Assembly (NCBI GenBank): GCA_043228905.1
Contig: JBHGNT010000008.1
Location: 3,100,001 to 3,164,000, forward strand
DNA length: 64,000 bases
Direction: 5' to 3'
From: Azolla caroliniana
Lineage: Eukaryota; Plantae; Polypodiophyta
Shown here piece by piece: positions 25,180-38,187 of this stretch. The notes below the pieces were generated by a model that worked only from the letters and a program-made list of their open reading frames with translations, searched no databases and was not told where the DNA came from. The first letter of the stretch is position 1, and each line of letters begins with the position of its first letter. The position numbers and the translations under genes were made by a program.

Positions 25180-26245
25180 GATCAATGACTCATGTGGACT
25201 GAGGGCCACCTGGACTTGGCTGAGGTGGGGGACATGAGGACTATCGTGTAGGAGGGGGATCGGGGGAAGATCAATTAGCAGAGAAAGATAAACCACTCCT
25301 GTGGATTGAGGGCCACCTAGACTTGGTTGAGGTGGGGGACATGAGGGCTATCGTGTAGGAGGGGGATCAAGGGAAGATCAATCACTCATGTGGACTGAGG
25401 GCCACTTGGACTTGGATGAGATGGGGGATAGGAGGGCTATTGTGCAAGAGAGGAATTGGGGGAAGATCAATTAGTGGAGAAAGATCAATCAGTCATGGGA
25501 CTGAGGACCACCTGGACTTGGATGAGGTGGGAGACAAGAGGGCTATCATGTAGGAGGGGGATCGAGGGAAAGATCAATTGCTCCTATGGACTGAGGGCCA
25601 CCTGGACTTGGTTGAGGTGGGGGAAAAGAGGGCTATCATGTTAGAGGGTGATTGAGGAAAGATCAATTGGTGGAGAAACATCAATCGCTCTTGTGGACTG
25701 AGGGCTACCTGGACTTGGCTGAGGTGGGGGACATGAGGGCTATCGTGTAGGAGGGGGATCGAGGGAAGATGAATTAGCGGAGAAAGATAAACCACTCCCT
25801 TGGATTGATGGCTACCTAGACTTGGTTGAGGTGGGGGACAGGAGGGCTATCGTGTAGGAAGGGAAGGTCAATTAGTGGAGAAAGATCAATCACTCATGCG
25901 GACTGAGGGCCACTTGGACTTGCCAGATGAGATGGGGGATAGGAGGGCTATTGTGTAGGAGAGGATTTGGGGGAAGATCAATTAGTGGAGAAAGATCAAC
26001 CAGTCCTGTGGACTTGGATGAGGTGGGGTACAAGAGGGCTATCATGTAGGAGGGGGATCGAGGGAAAGATCAATCGCTCCTATGGACTAAGGGCCACCTG
26101 AACTTGGTTGAGGTGGGGGAAAAGAGGGCTATCGTGTCAGAGGCTGATCGAGGAAAGATCAATTGGCGGAGAAACATCAATTGCTCATGTGGACTGAGGG
26201 CTACCTGGACTTGGTTGAGGTGGGGGACATGAGGGCTATCGTGGG
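25180..26245. repeat. Tandem array of ~11 G-rich 90-107 bp units with a ~500 bp higher-order period
   Basis: Unit gatcaat..tggactgagggccacctggacttgg.tgaggtggggg..gagggctatc.tgtaggagggggat; variant blocks recur at ~25236, 25736 and 26231. Confidence 0.93.
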
Positions 26246-27122
26246 ATAAGAAGTTAGTGGACAACCTAAGGTGAGGGGGAAGAGGTGGATGCTTGGACGT
26301 GGGGGATTGGTACCCCCCCCATCTCCACCAATATGTGAAATGCACATAAGAGATTAAAACAAGTCCACTTAGCTTCTTACTTCTGGCTCAATTTATAGTT
26401 GATTCAAAGGTACCCATTTGGGTGTGTTAAAATGGTGGGTCGGCTTAGGTACGTACATCCTAAAAAGGGTGTGCTAAAAGGGTGGCACAAAGGAACACAT
26501 GCACACCACAATATATATAAATAAGAAGTCTTTAGTGTATCCCTAAACCATAAAATTGGAGACGTGATGTTTTGTATATACTTAGCAAGGTGTTTATATA
26601 GGCAATGATAATGATGGAGGGGAGGTCATCCCTCCATCATACTATATTTACATTCATTTACATAGGCAACTCATGAATGAGGCTTACATAGAAGTCTATT
26701 CTAATCCTCACTCTTTATGTATCTAGGCTAAATCTATCCACACAAAAAATGCACATTTCTTTTACTTTTTACATTTCTAACATCTAGTCCTAATTATTTA
26801 CAAAACCTTTATACAATTGGCCCTTTGAACAACGAATGAATATCTTTTGATATCTAAAAATGGTTTAAGGTTACTTGTATTCTTGGCCAATTTTACACCT
26901 AAAATAAACTCTAAAATTAAGTAAATTATTCTCTAAAACAAATTCCAAAAGTACGAAATCTAATTTCAACAACTAAAAAAATTTGTTGTTATGCAAAAAT
27001 AATGACTGGTGAGGTAATTGGTGCACATAAATGCGGTTTAATATTTTGGTCTTGTTCTTGCTATGAAACTTCTCCAAAGAAGCTAGAAATTCTTCGGTAA
27101 CTAAATAAACAACAACATAATT

Positions 27123-30100
27123 ACCTATCAATTGGAATGGAGATAATTGGAGGTTGATGTGGCTGAATGCTGGAATGATATGTGGGAGTTTTCATAATTC
27201 TTGCATTAAAAAACAGATTTTACTATGCCTAGAGGAGATGATAGACCCTCTTGATGAGGTGTTGCACTTCCATGAGGAGGAAATGGCTGAAGCTACAAGG
27301 CAAGATGTTGTTTTAGGATGGGAGAGGATCAATTCGAGAGGTTGGGCATGGGCTCGTGGGGAGGGACTATGTCCGGCTTGGGAGACCTCACAATTGTTCT
27401 CATGAAATTAATCACGTGGAACATACAAGGTCTAGGCGGTAGCAAATGTATGTTGGAGAGGAAGAACCTCCGCCAAGAGTTCAAATCCCCTAGCTTTAGG
27501 GGGATCCCAGACATTTTGCTCTTGCAAGAGCACCATTCGAGTGCGAACAGAATCTCGAGTATTGGCAATCCTCTAGCGGGGGATTGGCATACTATTTGGT
27601 CCCCAGCGCAAGGTGAGCATGGTAGAAAAGGGGGTGTTTGTACATCTATTAAGAATAATCCAGATATAATTGTTGTGGGCCAAGGCACCATCGTGGAGGG
27701 ACGTGCCATCTAGTGACAATCAGATGGCAACAACGTATCATTGGAATAATAAATGTGTACGCGCCCAATTCGACAGTGATGCGGGCCCTTTTTTGGAGGC
27801 AATTGGCTGATGGATTGCCGATGGCAGATGCATGGATCCTCGCAGGGGATTTTAACATGACTATGCACGCAGAAGACAAGGTGGGGGGCATGCATACGGC
27901 GGTGCAGGGGTCAGAGCTAGTTGCATGGGATTTGTTGATGGGCAGAATGGGAGTGAAAGATGCTTGGTATGTACTAAAAAAGCCTCGGAGCTCATTACGC
28001 TTCTCAAGAGCAGGCTGTAATATAAATGGCTATTGTATGTCTCGCATAGACAGAATATACATAAGCTCGGAACTGGAAAAATATGGCAGTAATGTTGAAA
28101 TCATCGCAGGTTCAGCTTACTCTGATCACATGCCGGTTTCGATTACGTTGGTCACTCAGAGGCTGAACAAAAGGGACTGCAACTTAAGGATTAGTAATAA
28201 GCTTTTTGAGGATGTGGAGGTGAGAAGTAAGATAAGGAGTATATGGGAAAATAATCTAGCTGGTTGTGGTGCTTTGGATAATCTTCAAGGAAAGATTATT
28301 GAAACTTCAAAGTATTTGCATGAAGAGACTAAAAATAGATTGGAGAGATCTAAGGAAAGAGAGGTGAGACTAAGAAGATCGATAGCGGCTGCCCAAAGAA
28401 TGCTCCAGAAAAATCCCAAGTGTCTTTGGTCAAGATCAGGTTTGGAGGCTGCCAAAGAAACACTACAACGGCTGATTGTGTCAAGAAATAAGATGGTATT
28501 CAGGAGTTCAGCAGCTTGGTGGAGTAGGAATGGGGACAAGGTGAACCAACAATTTTTTAAGTTTAAAAAACCGTGCACAATTGGTAACTTCATTCCTAAA
28601 TTGATCAAGGAGGTTGGTTCACTGTCAAAAGATGTATCAGAGATCATGGAGGCAGTCACATCTCACTATAATGGGCTACTATCAAATAATTATAGTCTCC
28701 CAGACCAGCCCTCACTGGCAGAATTTGTATTGGAGGGAATGCAACCAAGAATTTCAGAGGTTGCACAAGTTAAGTTGTCAGGGCCACTCTTGGAAGAGGA
28801 GGTGTCAGATGCTCTGGCAAGTATATGTAGAACGTCTTGTCCAGGAGACGATGGATTATCAAAAGATTTTTATGAAAATTTTTGGGAAATAATTAAGGTT
28901 GACCTGGTTGCTGGACTAAATGAGGCATGGGATGATGGGTACCTCCCTGAACATTTTAAAGAGGGACTAATATTTCTAATTCCTAAGGTAAAGGGTATAG
29001 TATCAGATGTGAGGCAATGGAGACCGATTACGTTGCTCAACACAATCTATAAGATTTTTGCTAATATGCTGGCCAAGAGGGTCAAACCCCACTTACATGC
29101 GCTAATTAATGTTGGACAAACAGGATTCATGGAAAATAGATGTGTAATCGATAATGTGTTGACCTTTTGGGAAGCGATTGCCCTGGCGAAGAAAACCAAT
29201 CAACATATTGCATGCCTCATGCTTGACTTTGAGAAGGCATATGATAGAGTACAATGGCCTTTTTTAGACAAAGTCATGGAGCGGTTGGGACTACCCTCAA
29301 AATGGAGAGCAGCTGCGTTGGCGCTTTACAAAGGAAGCTTGAGTAGGGTGTTGGTACTAGGGCAACGGGGCCCATCAATTCCATTATGCAAGTCTGTCAG
29401 ACAGGGGTGCCCATTGGCCCCCTACCTTTATTTATTTATCTCAGAGGCATTCTCTTTCTTTTTAAATAGACCGGATGCAGGAATTCGAGGTTTGGTTGTC
29501 CCACATGCTTGTAAGGACTTGTTGGACTCCATGTATGCAGATGACACCATGCTCTATCTGCAAGGCAATGATGCTAATTTACAACAGGCTGAAAATCGAA
29601 TTGAGTTGTTCTGTAAAGCATCAGGTGGGAAAATTAATTGGAACAAAAGTAGAGGGTTTTGGGTAAGTCCAAACTCTTGGCCGAATTGGCAACCTAATGC
29701 TGATTTTCAATGGGTTCCTAATGGAAGGGTTGTTAAGTATTTGGGCTTTTTGGTGGGAATAGAGATTCAGAAAAATCAGCAACTTGAGCAAGTGAAAGAC
29801 AAAATCAGAAAAAATCTTCGGTTATGGGCATCAGTAAAGCTTTCCCTTGCAGGTAGAGTGGTTGTGGTAAACCATATTTTGTTGGCCACCATGTGGCACT
29901 CGTTGGCATGCTGGATGTTAGATAAAGAGTGCATAAAAAATATTAAGGCAATGGTGAGAGGGTTCCTTTGGTCGGGTAGAGACCATGAGACTGCTTCAGC
30001 TAAAGTGGCCTGGAGTTGTTTGATCAAGGCAAAAAGTCAAGGTGGACTTGGGATGGTGGATCCAGGTCACCAAAGTAAGGCTTTACTTGGTAAGCTCTTG

Positions 30101-31907
30101 GTGCGAAGTCTCCAACCTGGACCAGAATTGTGGAAATTGCTTCTTAGAGACAGAGCTGAACTCTGGAGTCCGAGGAATGGCGGCCCTTGGAAGGCAAAGA
30201 TGTGGTGGTTGTTTAGTCCAGGCCTAACGTTAAAAGAACTTACTAGCATGGAGGATAGGGTGGCCCGCACCATAATGAGGGCCTGGTCAGGTTGAAGAGA
30301 GGGGCTGGTCTTAATGCAGCCAAAAACAATGGAGGAACAACTCCGTCAACCTCTGTTTTGGAACCCCAGGATTCGAAGTGATGATGGTATGATGCTTGGT
30401 CAGAAAAAATACTTGCCATGGGGAAAAATGGTAGGGCACAATGTTAGTTCAGTAAGAGACTGGGAGGAGTTCAAAAGGAGAAGAAGGGAGGGTCTGGTTG
30501 GAAGTCCTCGATTTACCAGCAGGCTGGAAAAGGTTACCCACTTGATAGATAAGGTTGTTGATGGTCTAGCTAGGCTGAATGAAGAAGAGGGGGTCTGGTT
30601 TGGGTGGTTTGTAGGTGAGGGCGATGCACAAATTATCCGAGGCAAGTGCCCATCTAATGAGTATCGTTTGTGGGGCAACCTAAGTGCTTTGGCAGACAAT
30701 GGCCAATGGTTGGCAGTGCGAGTGGCAATGTTGGAAGGTAAGAAGTGGCAAGTAAACCCGGACCCAGGGAAGCTGGAATCTGATCGTAAACTCTGGATAG
30801 TTGACAACAAGCCCATATGTGATCTGGATTGGGATCCACTAGAGGTGTGGTGGCAGAAACCGGGTACAGACAAACTTGAATAGTTTTTCGAGTACACTAC
30901 CAAGCTAGGAAGGCAAATCATTGGCTCTAAATTGATGGGTGCTGGCCTAACTCGCAATAGTTGGAAGGATAAAGGCATTTCTGATGACTGGTTGAAGTCG
31001 TTTTGGAGGAGGCTATGGGCGTTTGATATGCCAGAAAAAATAAAGCTTTGGTTGTGGCTTCTTAGCCACAAAGCGGTGCCAGTGGGGGAGTGGCTTAGGT
31101 GTCGTGGTGGTGAGGCTGGATGCAAAAGTTGTGGACACCCTTTGGAATCAATTCCTCATTGTTTTTGGAACTGCAGCGAGGCTATTAACATTTGGGGTAG
31201 AAGTCTCAGGATAGTGGCAGCATGCGGAGTGAATGGGAGAGTTATATGGGGGTCCGTACAAGGGCTGAAGTTAACAGGGGAAGGCTGGGCTGAACAGTTA
31301 AATCCCCACGGACATGGTTTTATAGTGCAGGATGGCAAAGTGTTTCAACGGGCTGGAGTTCGACATGGCACTAACTCAGAATTTTTTGAGGAGATATGGA
31401 TGATGGTGTCTTGTTTATCGGTCTGACACATTTGGACCAACCGTTGTAAATTTGTTTTTCAACAACAAAAGATCCCTAGCGGTGAGGTATTATTAAATAT
31501 CTGGTTTGAGTTGGTATCTTGGCTGCGGGGACGATACGACTCAATCAAGGGGGAATCTGATGCAGCTGAAAGATCTCGATCAAAGTTCTTGCTGAAATGG
31601 GGTAATTCTCCTATGGTGGGCAGATCCTCATCAGGGCCTCAATGGAACTACCAAGCACCCCGATGGCTGTTTCCGGTTTCCAACAGCGTCTAGGTGCTGT
31701 AAATCTGTATAGATATGGTACAAATTATTAGGTTATTGGAGTTGTTTGGATACGTTTGTTGAAAATGAGGTGGGGACTATGTCCACTTTGGTGGGAAGGC
31801 CAGAGTGAGGGCTGGTGAGAAGAACTTTGGGTGTTCTATGATGTAATTTTGTTTGCTAACTAATGCGAAGTAGTGTTTTTTTGGAAAAAAAAAAAAAAAA
31901 AAACAAC
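27123..31907 (+). mobile_element. 5'-truncated L1/Tx1-like LINE (ORF1 tail plus nearly complete ORF2)
   Basis: ORF2 27402-31693: APE endonuclease (TWNIQG, LQE, GDFN, SRIDR, SDH), RT (DFEKAYD, RQGCPL, YADD), zf-RVT (CKSC..ESIPHCFWNC). One frameshift near 27710 and three in-frame stops. Poly(A) 31885-31903; TSD AACAACAACATAATT (27108-27122, 31908-31922). Confidence 0.95.
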
Positions 31908-32705
31908 AACAACAACATAATTTACTTATAGTGTTTTTGTCACAAGAAATATAGCCTTGTGTTGATATAGATTGAAAGGAAGAACATTTTTACTAGGTGT
32001 ATGTGTTTTTTTATGGGCAAAATGGTCTATGACAGGCATGAAACCCGTCAAATTCTTGCCCTAACGAGGATATGTATCCCAAGAAAAGTGCATCAAAAAA
32101 GTGGTTCAATTACCAACATGAAAGCATTAAATGTACCTTTGTAGCCACACGTCAATTGCGCAGAAAAAGACTCCCCAAAAGATGATTGAATAAGCAATTC
32201 ATTGAAGGTTGTACCATATGCTAAAGTAGTTTGTGGTTCTTTGATGTGGCTATGGTTGCTACAAGTCCAAACATACACATGCTATGGGATTTTTTTGGCA
32301 ACTTCATGTCTAATTTTGGAAAGGCACATTGTGTAGCCATAACCATGAGTTCTAACAATCCACTCAAAATCTTCCACCAAATTAACAATGGATACAAATG
32401 CATCTTATGTAGCATAAAATTAGAGAAATTGCAACCATTGCCATTAGTTAAACGCACAATGAAAATACTTAGGTATATCTAGGGATAAGAAAAGTTACAA
32501 ATTGGCAACAAATCTTGGGCTACACAACTTTGGTATAGTCCTTGTTTGGCTCGATATCAAGTTATTCCATTGTAAAACCTCACTTGAGTTGGGAACGAGA
32601 ATTTATATATTTTAGATCCAAATCCTAAAGTTGAATTTCCATTTTTTTGAGACCTTAGACTTCAACTTCTAATTATTTGTTAAGAATCAAACTCAACTTC
32701 CCTAG

Positions 32706-33029
32706 TGTGGGAACACACCTTAGGAATACCCAAGTGTGTAACCATCCCACCTCCTTTGTATCATAACTAATGTGTCATAGAAGTTAAATCCTATGACACA
32801 TATTTAGTAGGTAGTTAAGTCTCCACCTCGTTCTCAAGAAAAGGGTGGTAGTAAGAGAATGTAAAGAGAAGGTGACAACATAAACACATCCTTTCTCCTC
32901 TTTGCACGAGTTGGCTATTATTCTTCTTGTTAATACAATTTGACTATTTTTTGTATATTCTCTCTCTCGCTCTCTCACACACACATACACACATTTATTC
33001 CGTTGCACAAAATCACCCGATTCTTTACA
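32706..33029 (+). mobile_element. Solo LTR related to the Copia 5' LTR at 14444-14824
   Basis: Starts TGTG..AACACACC, shares the tgtgtcatagaa..ctatgacacat hairpin and ends gcacaa..gattctttaCA like the Copia LTR. No clear TSD. Confidence 0.7.
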
Positions 33030-33519
33030 TTCTTTAACCCATAGACTCTCATTTGTTGAGTAATAATTCTCATTAATCAAGTAGCCTTATCAAGGTCAGG
33101 GGAGATGGCTTTAACCTTCAAATGGATAAAGTTTGAAGGTTAAACCCCACCGGAAATCCCACATCTATTCAATAGAGTCATCATAACCCAATCAATGCTC
33201 ATCAAACTATAGTTTATTAGCTAGCATCAATGGTTTTCCATTGTCTTACTTCACTCATTAGATACCGATCCTATTCTCAGTTCCTTTTTGTTATGCATTC
33301 ACCATCCCTTAAAAGTATAAGCGTGTGGAGTTTTTCGTAGGCAATGCGCATGTTACAACAAACAAGAGATAACTTGGCTCTTTTAACATTCTCTCTTAAA
33401 CTAGTGCTACAATTAGTCTAATGATCGTTTATACATGATATCATCTAAGTTATATCGAATTTCCGGTATTCAAGGAACACCCCCGTAAATTTTAACAAAC
33501 AATAAATCTAACCATAGAA

Positions 33520-34245
33520 ACTTGTAACCCTAAGCCCTCATTGGTTAAACCCTAAACACCAAAACATTAAGCATTCATTCAACACACATTCCTCAAACAA
33601 TAGTAAAGAAACACATTTAATGAATAAACATTCACTCATTGAGCCTTCAAACACTACTGAGATTACTTGTGTGTACACTAGAATGAATTGACCCAAAAAC
33701 TCTAAACACTAATGAACAAACCCAAAAACCCTAAAAGTGCCTAATGCAAAAACCCTAATCCATAAAACACAAAACCCTATAACATGAAATGAATCAACCC
33801 CAAAACCCTAAACACTAATGCACGAACCCAAAAACCCTAAAAGCACCTAATGTAACAAACCTAATCAATAATCCACAAAACCCAATAACATCTAATGAAT
33901 CAACCCCAAAACCCTAAACACTAAGGCACGAACCCAAAAACCCTAAAAGCACCTAATGCAAAAAAACCTAATCGAAAATCCACAAAACCCTAAAACACCT
34001 AATGAATCTACCCCGAAAAACACTAATGCACGAACCCAATATACCCTAAAAGCACCTGATCCAAAAACCCTAATCGATAATCCACAAAACCCTAAAACAT
34101 CTAATGAATCAACCCCAAAACCCTAAAAGCACCTAGTCCAAAAACCCTAATCCATAATCCACAAAACCCTAAAACATCTAATGAATCAACCCCAAAACCC
34201 TAAAACATGTAATGAATCGACCCTCCAAATTTCTAAACCCTGAAT
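33520..34245. repeat. Tandem ~108 bp repeat rich in telomere-like AAACCCTAA motifs
   Basis: Unit aatgaatcaaccccaaaaccctaaacactaatgcacgaacccaaaaaccctaaaagcacctaa..ccacaaaaccctaaaac repeated ~5 times, with degenerate flanks. Confidence 0.9.
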
Positions 34246-34269
34246 CTAGAGATTCTACGAGGTGATGAT

Positions 34270-34295
34270 GAGCCTGCATGGCTAATCCACGTGTA
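34270..34295 (+). promoter_or_regulatory. RY-like element plus G-box/ABRE upstream of the vicilin-like gene
   Basis: TGCATG at ~34274 and CACGTG at ~34288, about 100-120 bp before the ATG; this pairing is typical of storage-protein promoters. Confidence 0.5.
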
Positions 34296-34392
34296 AACAC
34301 CGCCTCCATCTCTCTGTTTGATCTTTCTTTCTTTTTATTGCTATATCTTTCTCCATATCATTTCTCTGATCATCGCCTGCTTCCTGTTCAAC

Positions 34393-37300
34393 ATGAGCTC
34401 ATCATCAGTCAGAATGCCCAGAAAACAGAGCTTCTTGCATGTTATTGCACATCTCCTCCTCTTCTCTTGCTACACATTTCTGCTGAATCTTATGCGAGAT
34501 GGCTCTGCCACTGCATCTGCGGAGCATAGTCAATCGTTTTACTCTGTTTCTTCTTTATCTTCTTCCTCCTCCCCTTTTGTCTTTACCAGGCCTGATCAGC
34601 AATTCACAACGGAGTATGGGGAATTTAAAGCAGTAATCCTAGAAGAAGAGAATTTAATGCAAAAGAGGAGATTTGCTGTCGGAATGCTCACCATGGAACC
34701 TCAAACGCTGCTTCTTCCCCACTATATCAATGGGCCTTCTGTTGTATATGTTCATAAAGGTATGTATGGATGTGCCACAGGATTTTGAAGCATATCATGC
34801 CGCAAAACAAGATCAGTGGCTCATGGGACATGTTTTGCTGTCACTAAAGACACCATATATGTGGTAGTGGTTTAGCATTTTTGTTTTCATGATTCAATTA
34901 AATTGATGATTTAACCATGATTATGATCTTTGCAAGAACAAAGAAAGCATTTTGGTTTCCATGATTGAATTGAATTGATGGCTTAACCATGATTATGATC
35001 TTTGCAAGAACAAAGATAGAAGATTTATTTTTGTAACTTTATATCATGGTTTGGAATATATCTCTTAAATTGTTGTAAATTGCTGCTTTACCTAAGATTA
35101 TAATCTCGAAAGAAGTAATCTGAAGTAAAAAACAGAACAAACCTAGATTATAATTGAATAGAATAGATGCTTTGATTAAACAATTATATAGCCATATTAT
35201 TATGCAATTTCTGTTTCATTAACATGGATACCTTTGGGCTCAGAAAGCTTATACATACCATCAATATATGTATATGAAATCGGTATGTGTTACAAGAATA
35301 ACAAAATTTCCATTTCAGTGGGTGTTAACTTGCATGCATATAAATAATCTTCACCATATAAACTTGATGAATTTTATCGGAAAGCTTTACCATCAATATA
35401 TGTATATGAATCGATATGTGTTACAAGAAAACAAAATTTCCATTTCAGTGGGTGTTACCTTGCATACATATAAATAATCTTCACCATATAAACTTGATGA
35501 ATTTGATCCTGTGTCCTTTTCAATTTGTAAAAATTGAGAGATTACCATTCTGCAGACATTGAATTCAAAGGAAAAAATTGACATGCACCAAGTAATGAGA
35601 TTTACCTTTGATAGCTCAGAAACTTATGGTATCAACTTATCATTTTGTGCTATGGGAGGTAATATTTCTGGCAAATTTGTGTTTCTGTTGTTTTTTTCCA
35701 GGTCAAGCGAGAATTTCACAAGTCAGTCATTCCAATGGGGAAGTCGAGAGTGTTGAACTCACGGATAGCGAAATTCACATAATCTCCGGAGGCACAATAT
35801 TGTATGTGGTGAATCCTGAAGTCAACGAGAATCTTGAGATTCTACTCCTAATAGACCTGTCAGAGCTTCCTAAAGGGGTGGCATTGCAGGTAGTTCTCTC
35901 TCCACAATATAATTTGCTTTTGATGGTGTTTGTCTACATATATCACATTTTTCTGGTTATATGCGGAAACAAATTTTGTTATTTATTATATATCTGGGTA
36001 CTCTGCAGAGCTTTTATTTAGCAGGTGGTACATACCCAACCAGCATTTTGTCTGGTTTTACAGATGATCTTCTTGGTTCAGCTTTCAAGGTATGTTATAT
36101 GTAATTGTTTTATGCAAAACTTGTGTAATATGAATGCTTGATATGTTTGGTAAATGTATATGGGCTTCAGTAACCCCAATTTAAGATGCTTGCTTCCAAG
36201 TTAGGTGCATGGTAGAAACTTGCAAACCCTAGAGCAAGAAGCATCAGCTTTTTTAAGTTGTGAATTAATAGACTTATGCTAGGTTGCCCTGGTTGAAAGG
36301 TGCATAATATATGCGTTTTTAAGGTGTATTATGATTAGTTCTCATGATACTAATCTATGTTATTATGATTATGATATCAATCATTGTTTAAGTAGTTTCA
36401 GCTTTGAAAGTATCAATTAAAAAGTATATGCTCAAAATATGTGCATGTGATAGGTAATTCAAGCTTGTATGTTTCTAGGTTTCAAGTGTGGTGTGAACTT
36501 GCTCAAAATAGTTGGGTGTTGTCAATACATTGACATGTATGGTGTGCAAAACAATCTGACAGTAAGGATATGGACTTGCATACGTGTGCAAAACAATCTG
36601 ATAATAAGGATATGGACTTGCTAAAAACAGTTGTTGGTTGTCAATGTTATGGTTTATGTGTGGAACCTAATTTGTGTATGTACAATCTGACAATAAGGAT
36701 ATGAAGTTGCTAAAAACTGTTGTAAACTTGGTCAAAATAGTTGGTGTTGTAAATACATTGTCATGTATGGTGTGCAAAACAATCTTGACAATAAGGATAC
36801 AAACTTGCTAAAATGTTATGGTTCATGTATGGAACCTAATTTGGGTATGTACAATCTGACAATAAGGATCTAAAGTTGATAAAAACAGCTAGTGTTGTCA
36901 ATGTTATGGTTTTTATGTATGGATTCTAATTTCTATATATAATGTAATGTAATGCATGTAGGATGGATGGTAGGTTTCCCCCAAAGAGGTGAAGTGACTT
37001 TCTTTGCTAACTTTGTGTATGTAATGTAATGCATGTATGGATGGGTGCTAGGTTGCCCCCAAAGAGGTCCGGGACTTTCTTCGCTTACAACACCAAGGAC
37101 CTATAGTAAATGCTTCAAACATGGTTGAAGACTTCAAAGAGAAGTCCTTGGCATTTAGAAGTGACGAAGAAGCTTCTCCCGAGGAGGAGAACAAGAAGAA
37201 AAGAGACAAAAAGAAGGGAAAAGGAAGCAAAGACAAGCACTACCTCCTCTTGGACGAAAAGCATGTATTTCGAAACCGTAACGGGTGGATGGCGAGATTA

Positions 37301-38187
37301 GATGAGAAGAATGCAAAGATTTTAAAGAGGGCGAATGTAGGCATACTTGCAGTTGGCCTCAAATCCGTGTGTATCTCTATCTCTGTCCATTAGATCTCGA
37401 TATTTGCACATTTGACCATAAGTTAAAAGCACTAAAAATTGGTAGTTGCACATTTGATCATAAGTTAAAAGCACAAAAAATTGATATTTGTACATTTGAT
37501 CATAAGTTAAAAGAACTAAACATTCATTTTTTTTAAAAGTTAAAAGCACTAAAAATTCATATTTGCATTTGATTTATTTGCTGTAAACTGATTTTTCCTC
37601 AATTGCCCAATGAAACTAAAACATGACATCCTTTTACTTGCATCTGAACTAAAATTGGTAGTTGCACATTTGATCATAAGTTAAAAGCACTAAAAATTCA
37701 TATTTGCATTTGATTTATTTGCTGTAAACTGATTTTTCCGCATTTGTCCAATGGAACTAAAACATGACATCCTTTTACTTCCATGTGAATAATCAATCCA
37801 CAGGGTAGCATGTTGGCACCGCATTGGAATCCTGATATGAGTATAATTGGTGTGGTCACTCATGGGAGAGGCTCCATTCAGATCATTCGCTCGGATGGTT
37901 TCATTGCCACGAACAAAGAGCTCGAACCGGGGTCTGTTTTTATTGTACCACGATATCACCCTTCTTGTCAACTTGCAATGGATGATTCGGATTTCGAATT
38001 TGTCGGGTTTGCAACATCTTCTCAGCCCGTCAACCCCCAATTCCTCGCAGGCGCGAACTCGATCTTCACGTCGATAGATAGAAACTTCCTCTCCAAAGTT
38101 TTCAATGTCGACAAGGAAATCCTCTCTGACTTGGCAGGAGCCCAACCCGATGCGATGATTCTAACAATGCAAAGTAGCGATTGGTGA
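34393..38187 (+). CDS. Vicilin-like (7S globulin, bicupin) storage protein, 5 exons, ~444 aa
   Basis: Exons 34393-34759, 35702-35889, 36009-36089, 37052-37366, 37804-38187 (1335 nt, in frame, GT-AG). Hydrophobic N-terminus; cupin motifs MEPQTLLLPHY..YVHKG, SFYLAGG..SILSGF, GSMLAPHWNP..VTHGRG, FIVPRYHP, FVGF..PQFLAG. Confidence 0.92.

Larger units (their letters stand above)
14133..26510 (-). mobile_element. Non-autonomous or deleted Gypsy-type LTR element with short LTRs (outermost layer of the nest)
   Basis: Direct repeats 14133-14328 and 26334-26510. On the - strand, PBS TGGTGGAGATGGGGG (26316-26330, tRNA-Ala-like) follows the 5' LTR and PPT AGGGGGGAA (14329-14339) precedes the 3' LTR. Integrase remnant YHPQTNGL..FNKTLK..AYNT at ~24800-25057. 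Flanked by (TA)n. Confidence 0.85.

Noticed and set aside
25180-26245. CRISPR-like appearance of regularly spaced repeats
   Set aside because: Units are contiguous degenerate tandem copies without unique spacers; eukaryotic context and no cas genes.
30400-31125. 241 aa antisense ORF in the LINE
   Set aside because: Shadow ORF on the opposite strand of ORF2; no domain evidence.
33520-34245. True or interstitial telomere
   Set aside because: No contiguous (TTTAGGG)n run; the motifs are embedded in a longer ~108 bp unit.
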